A DNA stretch of 57,314 nucleotides from Dehalococcoidia bacterium (GCA_012270805.1 JAAXHR010000342.1:1-57314), one strand, 5' to 3'; counted from the first letter of the stretch, positions 39,835 to 50,324 are shown. The notes: generated by a model not told the origin, from the letters alone. Numbers and translations are program-made.

Positions 39835-42201
39835 CTACCGTACCCTAGAATGAAAGTCTCTTGACATCTGCCCCTGTAGCTGTTCACCGTTCAGGTTAAT
39901 CGTTACTGACGGAAGAACCCTATCGTTGAGTATGGATTGGAATTCATCACCGAACAGTCGCGCTATTGATGTAGCGTCGTCATGAGAGAATCCCTGTATC
40001 TGTGCCGTGCGGAAAGCAAGAGATGTCCCAGTTAAACCGAAAGGCTGTAAGGGCGAAGGAATCACATCTTCGAGAGCTTTCTTCATTTTCTCAAGAGCGT
40101 CTGTAGCATCAAGGATGGGCGAAGTAAATGCGTTCTGCAATCTTTCCCCAAACGTATTTATCGAATTGATGCGATCAGGTAAGGACCGAACGAAGGCAGC
40201 GAACCGTGTATGTATTGCGCCTATCTGTTGTTCAACAGGATCAACTATGAGACGTTGACCGGCTACCATCCGTTGTCCCGTTAGAGTGTCGAACATCTCC
40301 ATGAAGTTTGTACGTTCTTGTCCCCACGTTTGCCCGACTTCTTCTGTCTCGTTAGCTAATTTATCGATAGCCGGTAAGAAAGCATTGTTTAGATGGTCGG
40401 TAACTGGCCGAACGAATTCTTCAAATTCATTCATACGAATGCCTGCCATTCTAAACCCGTCTGTTAGAAGGCGCAGTTTTCCAGTTGTCGTGTCGAATAT
40501 CGTTTGGAGGGGTCTTAACCCCGTTATCGCTCCAGTCGTTCCCTCGAAACCGGTTTTCACTTCTCTAAGAACTGAAGGGAGTCCCTCTAAACCTTTCCCT
40601 GTTCCCGCCTCACCCATCATCTTATCAACCGTTCGCTCGGCATCTGCGATAGTGTCTTCGAATTCTTCTATTGCACCGGTCGTCCCGAAGACAGCATCAT
40701 TAACAGAGTTAAAGGCATTTGACACACGATCCCCAAGTTCCGCAGCGAATACCTGAAAGACATTCCCCCCTTCACGGAAACGACGGGTTGCGTCTCGGCC
40801 AAGGAACATACTTTCGTTACTAGACATAAAGGCGCTAATCGCGTCTATAGCAGTCGGCAACGCTAGAGCCGCAGCAACCAGGGCCGTAACCGGTCCCGCT
40901 GCGACTGAGGCCGCTGCACCTACCGAGAGGATTGTCGTTGCAATCTGTTTAATGTTGGCCCTGCCAAGAGCGACCATTGCAATTGCCAGTCCGCGAGTTG
41001 CCGTCACGACGGGAGGCATCACGACACCCAAGGTAAACATCACCGCCCCGAACCCTGCTAGGACTCCAGCGGAAATCCCGACCCACCGTGCAATGTCAGG
41101 GTGTCTCTCAATAAAGTGTCCTAACGAACTAATTACCGGCTGCAAGAATTCAGCAATGGACCGTATCGCGGGAACGAATACGCGACCTATTTCAAGCGCC
41201 AGCCCTTCGAAGGCTGACTTCAGTAGTGTTAGCTGTCCTTGAAGTGTGTCGAGTTGTGCATCTGCAATCCGCTCGGCGGTTCCACCGGACTGTTGCATTT
41301 TTTCAACTAAGGTGTCGAGTGCGTCGCTACCTTGCGAGATAAGTGCAAGCATCGCTGGTCCTGCCCGTTGCCCAAAGAGGGTCATTGCATCGGCAGCGTT
41401 AAGACCGACACTTTCAAATTGAGCAATGAGATTTCTGAGAGGCAGTATGTTTCCGTGCGCGTCAAGAACGCTAACCCCCAAGCGATTCATAACGTCAATC
41501 GAATCGGAAGTTGGGGTTAGTAGCCTTGTGATAGCCCCTCGCAGACCTGTACCGGCCATTGTCGCTTGAATACCAGCGTTACCCATAAGAGCCAGCGATG
41601 CGGCAACTTCTTCAAATTGTATTCCGGCAGATGCGGCAACGGGGCCAGCAAACTTGAACGCTTGCCCTAGTTGTGTCAGGTCAGTATTCGCAGATGTAAA
41701 GGCCGTCACCAGAACATCGTTCGCTCGCGCTAGATCGCGTGTTTCAAGGTTCATTCCGGCCATGACGTTCGTAACTATGTCAGCGGCCTGACCGAGCTCG
41801 ATAGCACCAGCAGACGCAAGTTGAAGGACAGATGGTAACGCCTCAATAGACATCTGCGCGTTCATTCCTGCCATTGCCATGAATTGCAACGCTTCGGCAG
41901 ATTCGTTTGCAGTAAATACTGTCGTCCGCCCCATCTCACGGGCAACTCTCTCTAACGCCTCCATCTCGCTAGCAGTTGCACCGCTTATCGCTCCGACCCG
42001 CGCCATCGTTTGTTCAAACCTTGCAAACGTCCTAACACCCAACAGTCCTAGACCAGTTATTGCACCACCGGCAAGTGCCAATGAACGTCCAACTTGACGA
42101 AAACCTTCAGCGGTACGCTTAACACTCGCGTCCATGTTCTTCAGCCCACGCGATGCACGATCAACAAGGTTGATTATTATGTCGAGCTTCGAACTAGCCA
42201 T
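39835..42201 (-). CDS. tail tape measure protein
   Basis: 788 aa, Ala/Gly-rich with hydrophobic segments. Follows the frameshifted chaperone. Confidence 0.85.
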   Translation of the reverse strand: MASSKLDIIINLVDRASRGLKNMDASVKRTAEGFRQVGRSLALAGGAITGLGLLGVRTFARFEQTMARVGAISGATASEMEALERVAREMGRTTVFTANESAEALQFMAMAGMNAQMSIEALPSVLQLASAGAIELGQAADIVTNVMAGMNLETRDLARANDVLVTAFTSANTDLTQLGQAFKFAGPVAASAGIQFEEVAASLALMGNAGIQATMAGTGLRGAITRLLTPTSDSIDVMNRLGVSVLDAHGNILPLRNLIAQFESVGLNAADAMTLFGQRAGPAMLALISQGSDALDTLVEKMQQSGGTAERIADAQLDTLQGQLTLLKSAFEGLALEIGRVFVPAIRSIAEFLQPVISSLGHFIERHPDIARWVGISAGVLAGFGAVMFTLGVVMPPVVTATRGLAIAMVALGRANIKQIATTILSVGAAASVAAGPVTALVAAALALPTAIDAISAFMSSNESMFLGRDATRRFREGGNVFQVFAAELGDRVSNAFNSVNDAVFGTTGAIEEFEDTIADAERTVDKMMGEAGTGKGLEGLPSVLREVKTGFEGTTGAITGLRPLQTIFDTTTGKLRLLTDGFRMAGIRMNEFEEFVRPVTDHLNNAFLPAIDKLANETEEVGQTWGQERTNFMEMFDTLTGQRMVAGQRLIVDPVEQQIGAIHTRFAAFVRSLPDRINSINTFGERLQNAFTSPILDATDALEKMKKALEDVIPSPLQPFGLTGTSLAFRTAQIQGFSHDDATSIARLFGDEFQSILNDRVLPSVTINLNGEQLQGQMSRDFHSRVR

Positions 42202-42756
42202 CTTGTTGTGACGCTTCCGACTGGGCGTTCATTAACAGAAAGATGTTCTGAACAAGATCATCCGGTGCTTCACAGTATTGTTCCCAAGACCAACGCATTT
42301 CTTTTATAAACGCCGCCTCAGCTAGTTCACCGTCGAGACTTCCGTCACCGTAGGCCCAAGCTGCCGCGTCCCGTCTAAATTTCGATCTTGTTCCTCAGTC
42401 CTGACGTATAACTCACGCATCCGAGCGATTATCGCCTCGGTCACTTCGTCCGGTAGTTCGTCTATTTCCTCAGCGGTTGGCTTTTCCTCACCGAACGACC
42501 AGCCGGTTATACAATGCCAGAGCCACATATCTTCTTCGTCAGGGTTGCGCGGGTCAGCAATACGTTCTTCGCCGGAGTCCTCGGCACGGGCCATCATTTC
42601 ATCTGTGTCCAGCGCCCCACGGAACAACCCCATTAGCTGAACCGCTTCCCGCTGCGTGTGCTTATCTATTGCACGACGCTGCCCACGGGTCAGATACTTT
42701 TGTATCTCTACCCACTCGCCGTCACCGAGTTCTATCCGTTCCGTTGGAATCCTCAT
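42194..42756 (-). CDS. tail assembly chaperone -1 frameshift product (G-T-like)
   Basis: The -1 frame is open from the slippery site to TAG 42196-42194 and reads ...AEAAFIKEMRWSWEQYCEAPDDLVQNIFLLMNAQSEASQQDG. Confidence 0.6.
42322..42756 (-). CDS. tail assembly chaperone (G-like)
   Basis: Acidic 144-aa ORF between the tail tube and tape measure genes. Confidence 0.75.
   Translation of the reverse strand: MRIPTERIELGDGEWVEIQKYLTRGQRRAIDKHTQREAVQLMGLFRGALDTDEMMARAEDSGEERIADPRNPDEEDMWLWHCITGWSFGEEKPTAEEIDELPDEVTEAIIARMRELYVRTEEQDRNLDGTRQLGPTVTEVSTVN
42376..42382 (-). promoter_or_regulatory. -1 slippery heptamer A_AAU_UUA in the zero frame
   Basis: CGA AAT TTA GAC in the chaperone frame. Confidence 0.6.
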
Positions 42757-42770
42757 GTGCCCCTTTCCCT

Positions 42771-42806
42771 ATTTTCGATTCTAAGGCGTCTAGCAGCCCC
42801 GTAGAG
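42771..42806 (-). promoter_or_regulatory. conserved 36-nt intergenic box (copy 2)
   Basis: Minus-strand read GCTCTACGGGGCTGCTAGACGCCTTAGAATCGAAAA, upstream of the chaperone gene. Confidence 0.5.
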
Positions 42807-42875
42807 CAACGCTACGGCCCTCAGCAATACATTCTACTACCGAGGGCCGAAAATCGCTTACAAGGCGTGGAAGGA

Positions 42876-43310
42876 TTATGCGTGTGTCGTCAACGTAGCT
42901 TGCCCGTCCAGCCGGAACGTTGCCGTGTAACGAACAGTCTCTTTCGACGCGGCGGCAGGCATGTAGGAAGTACAGAACATCTCTCCCCTGATTCCCCGTG
43001 CGCCTGATGCTGTACCGACCGGCCAGAACTCGACTGTCCGAGCGGTCCCGCCTACCAGTGTCCCGAACACTACGTCGGGGCCAGTCGAAGCGGTGTCGTC
43101 AAATGGCCCTTCGACAGTGAGGGTTTGGGATGTCTCGATCCCGATTATGATCCTCTCGCCATCGTCTGCGAACGTCGTAACGTCGAGGTCTTGAAATACC
43201 TTTCCAAGACCGTCTCCTACGCTGTCAATGTATGAAGACATATCGAGCGTTGCCGCAGAGGACGAATCGAAAAGAACCTTCGTGTTCCCGTTTACTTTGA
43301 ACTGAGCCAT
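42876..43310 (-). CDS. major tail tube protein
   Basis: 144 aa, immediately upstream of the chaperone pair. Confidence 0.6.
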   Translation of the reverse strand: MAQFKVNGNTKVLFDSSSAATLDMSSYIDSVGDGLGKVFQDLDVTTFADDGERIIIGIETSQTLTVEGPFDDTASTGPDVVFGTLVGGTARTVEFWPVGTASGARGIRGEMFCTSYMPAAASKETVRYTATFRLDGQATLTTHA

Positions 43311-43330
43311 GTCTATTACCTCTACGATTC

Positions 43331-44065
43331 TTATGAACGTGCGACGTTAGCCGCGACCGTGATTGATGATCCAGCGTTAATCATACGAATACGAGTAAAC
43401 TGTCTGACCGTGCCGGAGAATGTCGCTAGGATCGACTGATTAGTATTGATGCCGCCCATTGTTGCTATCGACGCCCACGTTCCGGTTCCTGAAGTCGAAT
43501 GGTCAAGGTGTAGGATCGCCGTACCCGTCCCATCCTCTCCATATGTTCCTGTCGTGACGTGGACGTAAACTGTCCCGCCTGCGGTAGTAGCCCCGCCGTT
43601 ATCATGAGCGTTTGTATTTCCTGTTGCCGTTCCTGAGATCGTTTCCAGTAGAATTCCGTTTCCACGACTCCACGTTCCGTCTACAGCAATTCCCGCCGAC
43701 TGCCTGACAAGTCCGACGTTCTCCGAAAAGGGACGGTTATCTATGTTGGCGATCTGTGCCGAGTAACCGATAGCAGTTGACAGTGTTCCGCTGATCGTCC
43801 CGCACATCCACGTAAAGACGGTATTCGTCCCGATAGACCCTCCAAGCGCAGACGCGGCAGCATCCATCGAGTTCGAGTCGTCAAACAGACCGGCCCACTC
43901 GCCTTCATCGGCACGAACGCCAGCTACGAACGTTTCAGCCGCTTCGCCGAACACAGTCTTCTCTATCGGCTCGGCCTGAAGCGTTACGGACGATTGTGTT
44001 GTTGCAGTCCCAGGATCGTAACCGCCGTAGTAGATCGAAACGTGTCGGGAGTATCGCTTAGCCAT
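43331..44065 (-). CDS. tail/neck structural protein
   Basis: Gly/Thr-rich 244-aa ORF between the gp10-like gene and the tail tube gene. Confidence 0.5.
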   Translation of the reverse strand: MAKRYSRHVSIYYGGYDPGTATTQSSVTLQAEPIEKTVFGEAAETFVAGVRADEGEWAGLFDDSNSMDAAASALGGSIGTNTVFTWMCGTISGTLSTAIGYSAQIANIDNRPFSENVGLVRQSAGIAVDGTWSRGNGILLETISGTATGNTNAHDNGGATTAGGTVYVHVTTGTYGEDGTGTAILHLDHSTSGTGTWASIATMGGINTNQSILATFSGTVRQFTRIRMINAGSSITVAANVARS

Positions 44066-44548
44066 TTAGATGCGCTCCCATAGTTGTTCTATTTCCTCTG
44101 AAGCCATGTCGAGGAACTTGTTGATGTCGTCTTCTGATTCTTTCAACGCCGGTTCCATGTACGGCTGTGGTTTCGTTCCATGTCGAGCAATTGCCCTTGC
44201 TACCAGAAAAGCCCCTACCCGTCCGGCAGGAAAGCCGTGTCGCCTAGCCCAAGGTTGCATCGCTGACAACGGAGGCCAGTGTGGGCGTGTTCCAAACTCG
44301 ACGTATGGAGCATAGGGAACTCCTGCCCTCACAATTCCTCTCGGCTGCGGAACCTGCCGCGTGAAACTCCGTATCGAAGACCGCAGACGCCCTCGGTCTA
44401 CCGGTGCCTTTTCCTTCGCCTTCGCCTCAACCTGTTTAACAGAGCGATCAAGAAAACGACGTACAGGTTCACGGAACTTCTTCGTTCCCTTTGATAAGGC
44501 GTCCTGTATTTCTTTATTGCCCTGTAGGGTTATCTTGAACTCAGCCAT
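44066..44548 (-). CDS. HK97 gp10-family tail component
   Basis: KAPVDRGRLRSSI...VPYAPYVEFGT pattern. Confidence 0.65.
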   Translation of the reverse strand: MAEFKITLQGNKEIQDALSKGTKKFREPVRRFLDRSVKQVEAKAKEKAPVDRGRLRSSIRSFTRQVPQPRGIVRAGVPYAPYVEFGTRPHWPPLSAMQPWARRHGFPAGRVGAFLVARAIARHGTKPQPYMEPALKESEDDINKFLDMASEEIEQLWERI

Positions 44549-44964
44549 TATGCGATTGACTTTATGAACGACACCCGAACGTCCGCAGCGACAAGGTTCA
44601 TGTCCTCGATATTTTCATAGCGGAAGTTCTCGATTGCCATTACTTCGGCATCGTCAACTTTGTTGTTGAGGTTTCGGTTGTCACGAATCCCTTTGATTAG
44701 CGACTGTCCACCAGTCGGTGAGATTACTTCTTCCAGTTGCGCCCATCCATCCGCTTCCTTGTCCGAGTAACACGCAGCCGTTACCAGGATTTCACCCTCG
44801 ATTGTGTTCCCCTTGAAGACAACAACGGTGTCGTTTTCTTCATAGTTCATCCATATCGCCGGAACCTGAAGTCCTCTTGGCGCGTATGTATAAACGTTCC
44901 ACCCGTCTACTTCAGCCTCGATAGCCGTCTTCAGGCCGTCCCTTACGTCTGACAGGTCGCTCAT
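44548..44964 (-). CDS. head-tail adaptor-like protein
   Basis: Called on position alone. Confidence 0.45.
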   Translation of the reverse strand: MSDLSDVRDGLKTAIEAEVDGWNVYTYAPRGLQVPAIWMNYEENDTVVVFKGNTIEGEILVTAACYSDKEADGWAQLEEVISPTGGQSLIKGIRDNRNLNNKVDDAEVMAIENFRYENIEDMNLVAADVRVSFIKSIA

Positions 44965-45803
44965 ATTGCGATCCGCCTGAACCGTGCTAGCTCGAACTTC
45001 ACATCCTGGTCGAGTCCACGGAATGTCATAAACTCGCCAGTCTGCGGATTACCAATCTCCGTAGCGAATGAAGACTTTCTTCGATTGAAGATTCTTGCAC
45101 TCTGAATGAACGCCGCGTTCGTCACCGCGTTCGGGTAGACGTGGTAATTGATGGACGCTCCGCTTCCATGTGATCCAGCGGTCGAACCGTTGACGGCCCT
45201 CGTCACTGTTATCGAAGTACCGGTCCCAACGTCCCGAACAAACATCTGTTCAGAGCCGATTACTATCGTGTGTCCTACTTCAATCGTTCCGGTAGCAACT
45301 GCGTTCACGTCGAACGCCGTCGCTACTGTGCCTACGTCAGCCGAAGCGCCGATCCCCGAATCCCGTATTGCGCTAATCCATCCGTAGGTTCCGGTTATCT
45401 CATAGTTCTTTATCCCGCCTAAGAAAACATCCTGTGTCCCGACAGAGAAGGGCGTCACCTGTATCTGACTATACGGAGCGCCGTTAGCAGAGGTCGGATT
45501 TGCATTGTGAGGTAGAAGAATATAGTCGGTCCCATTCCATGTCGTGTCGTATGTCCCGTCGTTAACGCTATCCTCTTTCAGCGTCCCGACAGAGATAAGA
45601 CCAGGAACGTCGAGGAACGTAGACGCTTCGCCGTCGTAGTAGCGCGTCTCTGCACGGGGATGTATCTCTCGGTTGACATACTGTTCGATGTCTTCTGACA
45701 CAGCCTGAACGACAGATAGAAGCCAAGTCCTGTCCGCCGAGCCGGTGAACGATAGGCCACCTGTCCCTTGCACGTAGTCAACTGTTACGAAGGCGTAATC
45801 CAT
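44961..45803 (-). CDS. head-tail connector (gp6-like N-terminus) with C-terminal extension
   Basis: Position plus N-terminal pattern ...LLSVVQAVSEDIEQYVNREI. Confidence 0.45.
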   Translation of the reverse strand: MDYAFVTVDYVQGTGGLSFTGSADRTWLLSVVQAVSEDIEQYVNREIHPRAETRYYDGEASTFLDVPGLISVGTLKEDSVNDGTYDTTWNGTDYILLPHNANPTSANGAPYSQIQVTPFSVGTQDVFLGGIKNYEITGTYGWISAIRDSGIGASADVGTVATAFDVNAVATGTIEVGHTIVIGSEQMFVRDVGTGTSITVTRAVNGSTAGSHGSGASINYHVYPNAVTNAAFIQSARIFNRRKSSFATEIGNPQTGEFMTFRGLDQDVKFELARFRRIAI

Positions 45804-46000
45804 TATTCGTCTTTAGTCTCTACCAGCTTTACGAGTCCGCCAGCGAGTCCCGCGACGGCGGCGGTTGCCACTTCGTTGAAGCCGTGGAACATCGCGTACA
45901 TAGCTATAACCGCGACGGCGATGATGAGAAGTATTAACGGAGGTCGCCACCACTTGATATTCATGGTCAAACCTCCACCGGCACAGGAGTAAGACCCCAA
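45803..46000 (-). CDS. small membrane protein
   Basis: WWRPPLILLIIAVAVIAMYAMF. Confidence 0.45.
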   Translation of the reverse strand: MGSYSCAGGGLTMNIKWWRPPLILLIIAVAVIAMYAMFHGFNEVATAAVAGLAGGLVKLVETKDE

Positions 46001-46305
46001 GTTGCCAGAGCGTTCGGGTCTACCCTCTCCGAGACCATCATTAACACACCACCTGCGATCAGACCAGGAAGCGTAGCCCCGTTCACCGCCCTATCCTCCA
46101 GATAGGAAAATTGCTTCTTGGTCATCGAGCCGTGCGTCACCCACCATGAGTTAGTGCCGTCCGTGTACTCCACAGGGAAGGCGTTAGAGAAGCCATGCTC
46201 AGTATGACCTTTGCCGAAGTTAGGGTCACCATCGAGCATGGTTTGAAGCGCACCCTTATGGGTGTCCCGAACAGCTACGAAATAATGGACTCTAGGTGAT
46301 GGCAT
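45967..46305 (-). CDS. hypothetical protein
   Basis: 112-aa ORF. Confidence 0.55.
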   Translation of the reverse strand: MPSPRVHYFVAVRDTHKGALQTMLDGDPNFGKGHTEHGFSNAFPVEYTDGTNSWWVTHGSMTKKQFSYLEDRAVNGATLPGLIAGGVLMMVSERVDPNALATWGLTPVPVEV

Positions 46306-49300
46306 CAGCCGACCGGCTTTCCCGCTTCATAGTCAGCAAGAATAGCTTCGATGTCCTTCTGTAGTTTACCAACAGGATCAACCCCATCGACTTCAAGGAC
46401 GGGACCACAGTAAATGTGTGCAAACTCACTCTCGGATGATCTTTTCAGAGCACCTAGAGAAAAGGTGTCGGCTCCGGCTAGGTCCGCCATCCAGTCTCCA
46501 TCATCCCCACCTCCACTAATGGCATCATCAACCTTGGAGATTCGTAGGGTAGTCCCTCCACTCTCTCCGTTTGATGTCGCACCAACAATATACGTGTTCC
46601 CCGCCACAAGAGCAGTTGTTCCATCTTTGTCATCCTGCCCACCAGAATTCTGGAACCTCTGCATAATCTGGTCACCAGATCCATTGATAGCCAGACCATT
46701 ATAGTTGACATCCGCACCTGTGTCTGCCTGAGCAAAAATAGTTTGGTTGGTAGCATCAAGACTGATGGGATGAATAAGAGCGAAAACACCACCTTTCTCG
46801 CCAGTGAACGGTGCTGCTGCTCGTGTCATGATGGATGTGATGCCGTCGAACAAGAACGCGGGATTCCCATTAAAGATTGCGTTACCGGAACTATCCACAG
46901 GCTTCTCGACCCACCCAGGCCGACTGGCAACCTGATTCTGTGTAAGGTGATTTCCTTCCCCTGACTGATCCTCAACGGTGCCTGGGACACCTGCCGAGTA
47001 GCCCGCACCATTAACGTCTCCCTCGGTGAGCGACCCGTTGTTGGTGAGAGCAATAGAGTTATGCCGCCCATCAAAGGCAGTTGCTCCATGACTGTCCATG
47101 TCGAAGGTCTCAACTAGACCCCAAGCCGTCTTCTGCGCAGCCGAGATGTCATCGTACTTGATGCCATAGCCATCGTTGAAGAGAGCAGCCGCAATATTGG
47201 CGAAGGTCTCCGTCATACCCTGCGCTGCACACCCCATCATCACAGCATCAATACGACCATCAAAGTGACTACTACCGCCAGCGTTAGAACCTATCTCAAG
47301 ATCAGCACCACTCGCAGGTTGATACATACCAGACGTGTGAGAAGTTGCCGAAGTCAGTACCCCATTGACGTATGACGAGATTTCGTCATTAGTAGCGTCA
47401 TACCAGAAGAACAAGTGATACCAATTTTCAGCCACCATAACCACAGTAGATTCATGAGTTGTATTCGTTCCTGAGGTGCCATCAGACGATAAAATGATTT
47501 CAGGTTTGCCGTCAGGAGCATTCCAGATAGACCAAGCACGCTTGTCACCTACATTGACCCACTTGGCGGCAACTGCGGCAACTTCTAAAGCATCAGGTCG
47601 AATCCAGGTGCTCCACCAACAATCCTGGTCGCCTGGGCTGAACAAAGCGTTGGGGTCCCAATTTGTGACCGAGGCTGACTGCTCAACTTGGACACCTGTA
47701 ATATAGAGGATATCCCCTGCGTTGTTGACATCGGGTGACCCAGCTAGCCTCGCATATATAATGCCGGTTACATCCGCTCCAGGAGTCCATGTAAACGTCG
47801 CGCGTTGCCACGTAGTCGTGTTAGGTGTTACAGCGTCACCATCGCCATTCGACGTGTAATGAGACACCGACGCAGAGACTGGAGACGAAGTATAGGGGTT
47901 ACCAGCTAGCACATAAAATGAAAACGTGTGAGGATTGTTGGTGATCGTGACATTTTCGATTTTGCCGAGTGTTTCACCACCACCATCAAACGTCATTTTA
48001 ACGGCAGTCTTAACACCACTAGGCAGACCAGTGGTTGGTAGTCCTTCATCCGCTAATACTACTCTTTCAATCGCAGAGAGTCCCGAGCCTACCGCATCAT
48101 CCCACTGGCCGACAGTTGCGTAGGCTATCGAGTCGTCAGACTTGAGCAAATTCTTTGAAGCTAAACTGAGGTACTGGCTCGCCCCATCAAAGCTCGTAGC
48201 CTTGTTGTAGTCAAGTGCCTGCCCACCACGGATACCCTGAGTGAGAGTAACAGGATTAGCCACCTTGATCGACAGATCGTCAATTGTGACATCCCCATTG
48301 TTGCCTTGCCGTTGAATTTGAAGGTCTTGGGCTGAGGGATGTGATGTAGCAGTACCTGACTGAACCCCCGTACCGGAAGTCGCGCCTAGACCATCTCTCC
48401 AGACAGTCAAATTATCATCAATACGAACGTTCTCTGCTGCTGCCGCCTTGATATCAATCGAATAGGCGTACTCGGTGCTTGGCTGAATGTTGATGTCCTG
48501 CTTAAGACCAATGGGAGATGTATCCCACTTAATTTGGGCCTGCCCTGTAGGATTCTCCGTAACCTCTCGATTGGGGGAAGATTCGGTCCCAATCAAAGTC
48601 CAGTTATCGGGGTTATCACCTGTCCAGTTGGCAAAGTCTCCATTGGTGACAAGCTCAGCGGCATTTGGTGTTAGGTGATTACTGCCCTTCGAGTCGAAGC
48701 GCGTCTCCCCGTCGCCCTCGCCAAAGTCCCACATGGCTTTCAGGAATGCATCGTCCAGACCTGCACCGTCTCCAGTACCGTTTTCAATATCGTCTGCGAT
48801 CCTGCCATCCCCGCCGTTGTGCAGCCAGGTAATCTCTGCGGCGGTGAGCAGTCTACCACCTGTCCAGATGAAACCAGAATCGACCGAGCCATCCAAGAAC
48901 TGGAGCATCGCGCCGTGACAACCAACAAAGAAAGCTCCAGTATTATCCAGGTTGGTCGTATCATCCAGAACAACCCGTGTGCCCGTGTCCGTGTCGTCTA
49001 CATCATCAACCCTGAGAGTGGACGCAGACGCATCGCTTCGGTCTACGTTGATGGAGATATTGTAATACTGGGAAGTCGAAGTGTAGGTGGAGGAGGAATC
49101 AAGCTGGATGATTGTTGTGCCAGCTTTGACAGCCTTGAACTGAATCTTGTTGTTGCTGACCCAGACCAACTGCCAATAGTTTGACCCGTCCTGGCGCTTA
49201 TGCAGAATGGTCTGGTTGGTGCCTACAACATCGCGGTCTACCTGGATGTTGATGGCAAGGTCGCCAGTACCCAGATCAAGCCCCGACTGATCGGCATGGG

Positions 49301-49469
49301 CGATGGTTAGATATTCTTTGTTATCCGAGACAAACTTCGCCGCACCATCCTGAAATACACCAACACGAGGGTTGATGGCGAATTTAATGTCAGGATTGGA
49401 TACGACAGAGTTCCATGAAGGACTCTGCCTCGGTGCGATCATGTGTGGCCTGCGAAGTAAAGAAACCAT
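46305..49469 (-). CDS. 1054-aa protein with several LamG/concanavalin-like domains
   Basis: Repeated patterns such as DCWWSTWIRPD...NWYHLFFWYDATNDEISSYVNGV...FDGRIDAV are typical of Laminin_G_3. Confidence 0.6.
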   Translation of the reverse strand: MVSLLRRPHMIAPRQSPSWNSVVSNPDIKFAINPRVGVFQDGAAKFVSDNKEYLTIAHADQSGLDLGTGDLAINIQVDRDVVGTNQTILHKRQDGSNYWQLVWVSNNKIQFKAVKAGTTIIQLDSSSTYTSTSQYYNISINVDRSDASASTLRVDDVDDTDTGTRVVLDDTTNLDNTGAFFVGCHGAMLQFLDGSVDSGFIWTGGRLLTAAEITWLHNGGDGRIADDIENGTGDGAGLDDAFLKAMWDFGEGDGETRFDSKGSNHLTPNAAELVTNGDFANWTGDNPDNWTLIGTESSPNREVTENPTGQAQIKWDTSPIGLKQDINIQPSTEYAYSIDIKAAAAENVRIDDNLTVWRDGLGATSGTGVQSGTATSHPSAQDLQIQRQGNNGDVTIDDLSIKVANPVTLTQGIRGGQALDYNKATSFDGASQYLSLASKNLLKSDDSIAYATVGQWDDAVGSGLSAIERVVLADEGLPTTGLPSGVKTAVKMTFDGGGETLGKIENVTITNNPHTFSFYVLAGNPYTSSPVSASVSHYTSNGDGDAVTPNTTTWQRATFTWTPGADVTGIIYARLAGSPDVNNAGDILYITGVQVEQSASVTNWDPNALFSPGDQDCWWSTWIRPDALEVAAVAAKWVNVGDKRAWSIWNAPDGKPEIILSSDGTSGTNTTHESTVVMVAENWYHLFFWYDATNDEISSYVNGVLTSATSHTSGMYQPASGADLEIGSNAGGSSHFDGRIDAVMMGCAAQGMTETFANIAAALFNDGYGIKYDDISAAQKTAWGLVETFDMDSHGATAFDGRHNSIALTNNGSLTEGDVNGAGYSAGVPGTVEDQSGEGNHLTQNQVASRPGWVEKPVDSSGNAIFNGNPAFLFDGITSIMTRAAAPFTGEKGGVFALIHPISLDATNQTIFAQADTGADVNYNGLAINGSGDQIMQRFQNSGGQDDKDGTTALVAGNTYIVGATSNGESGGTTLRISKVDDAISGGGDDGDWMADLAGADTFSLGALKRSSESEFAHIYCGPVLEVDGVDPVGKLQKDIEAILADYEAGKPVG

Positions 49470-49972
49470 TAGTCAGGCGCTATCGTTAGAGTGACCCTGA
49501 TCTTCGCACCGTTCGTCGGGGTGTAGGCACCGGTACGAATTACCAACACTCCATACAGTGTATTGTCAGACGCCGCACAGATGAAAGGCTTCGGCATCCC
49601 CGTATCCCCAGGAACGATCTCCGCTTCCGATGCTCCGCCTAGGTCTTCCATTGCTCCCCAATCTAACCGACCGATGTAGTTATCGGACTCGGTAGCGTAG
49701 ACGGGATTCGTGTTCGCCACGTTGTCGTTCAGGTTTCCTGTTGGAGTAACGTTGAACAGGTACATCGTGAACGTCGGAGTGATGTTCGTGTCGTCGCACT
49801 GTATAAGGGCTTTAGTGATGAACCCCGTCTGTGCGTTGAAAAGCGTGACGCGAGAGAATGTCCACGCGGTCCCCGTAGAAGTGTTTTCCGACCAGACATC
49901 TTCATTCGCATAAGCTGTCGTGTCGGCGGGGCGCGTCTTCTCGACGGTGATTTCCCGTTGGTTCTTTGCCAT
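49469..49972 (-). CDS. hypothetical structural protein
   Basis: 167-aa ORF, ATGA-type coupling to the LamG gene. Confidence 0.55.
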   Translation of the reverse strand: MAKNQREITVEKTRPADTTAYANEDVWSENTSTGTAWTFSRVTLFNAQTGFITKALIQCDDTNITPTFTMYLFNVTPTGNLNDNVANTNPVYATESDNYIGRLDWGAMEDLGGASEAEIVPGDTGMPKPFICAASDNTLYGVLVIRTGAYTPTNGAKIRVTLTIAPD

Positions 49973-50084
49973 CAGTCAAAACCCTTTTCTAGTTTGACCT
50001 GATGGCCGAGGGGCTAGTTACTCCGCGACCATCATCATTATCATTTCGTCGCTGGAAAAAGCTGTTCGAAGAAGTTCTTCGTCT

Positions 50085-50324
50085 TCAGTTTTCTTCTATC
50101 GCTCCACAACGACAGGTGCCGTCTTTTCGGAAGTAGTGCTGTCGGTGTGAGGCTTTAGGCTTTTCTTGTTCTTCCGGTTCGTCTTCAACAATCTCGAACA
50201 TCGACGGGTTCTGATTTACTGCCGCCAGAGCTATCGACTCCGGTATGTCCATCTCAGAACGTGCCGCGACCTCGTAACCGGAAAGGCCAAGGTCGCTATC
50301 CGTCTTGTTGCGTAGACGCTTCAT
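50085..50324 (-). CDS. hypothetical protein
   Basis: 79-aa ORF. Confidence 0.45.
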   Translation of the reverse strand: MKRLRNKTDSDLGLSGYEVAARSEMDIPESIALAAVNQNPSMFEIVEDEPEEQEKPKASHRQHYFRKDGTCRCGAIEEN

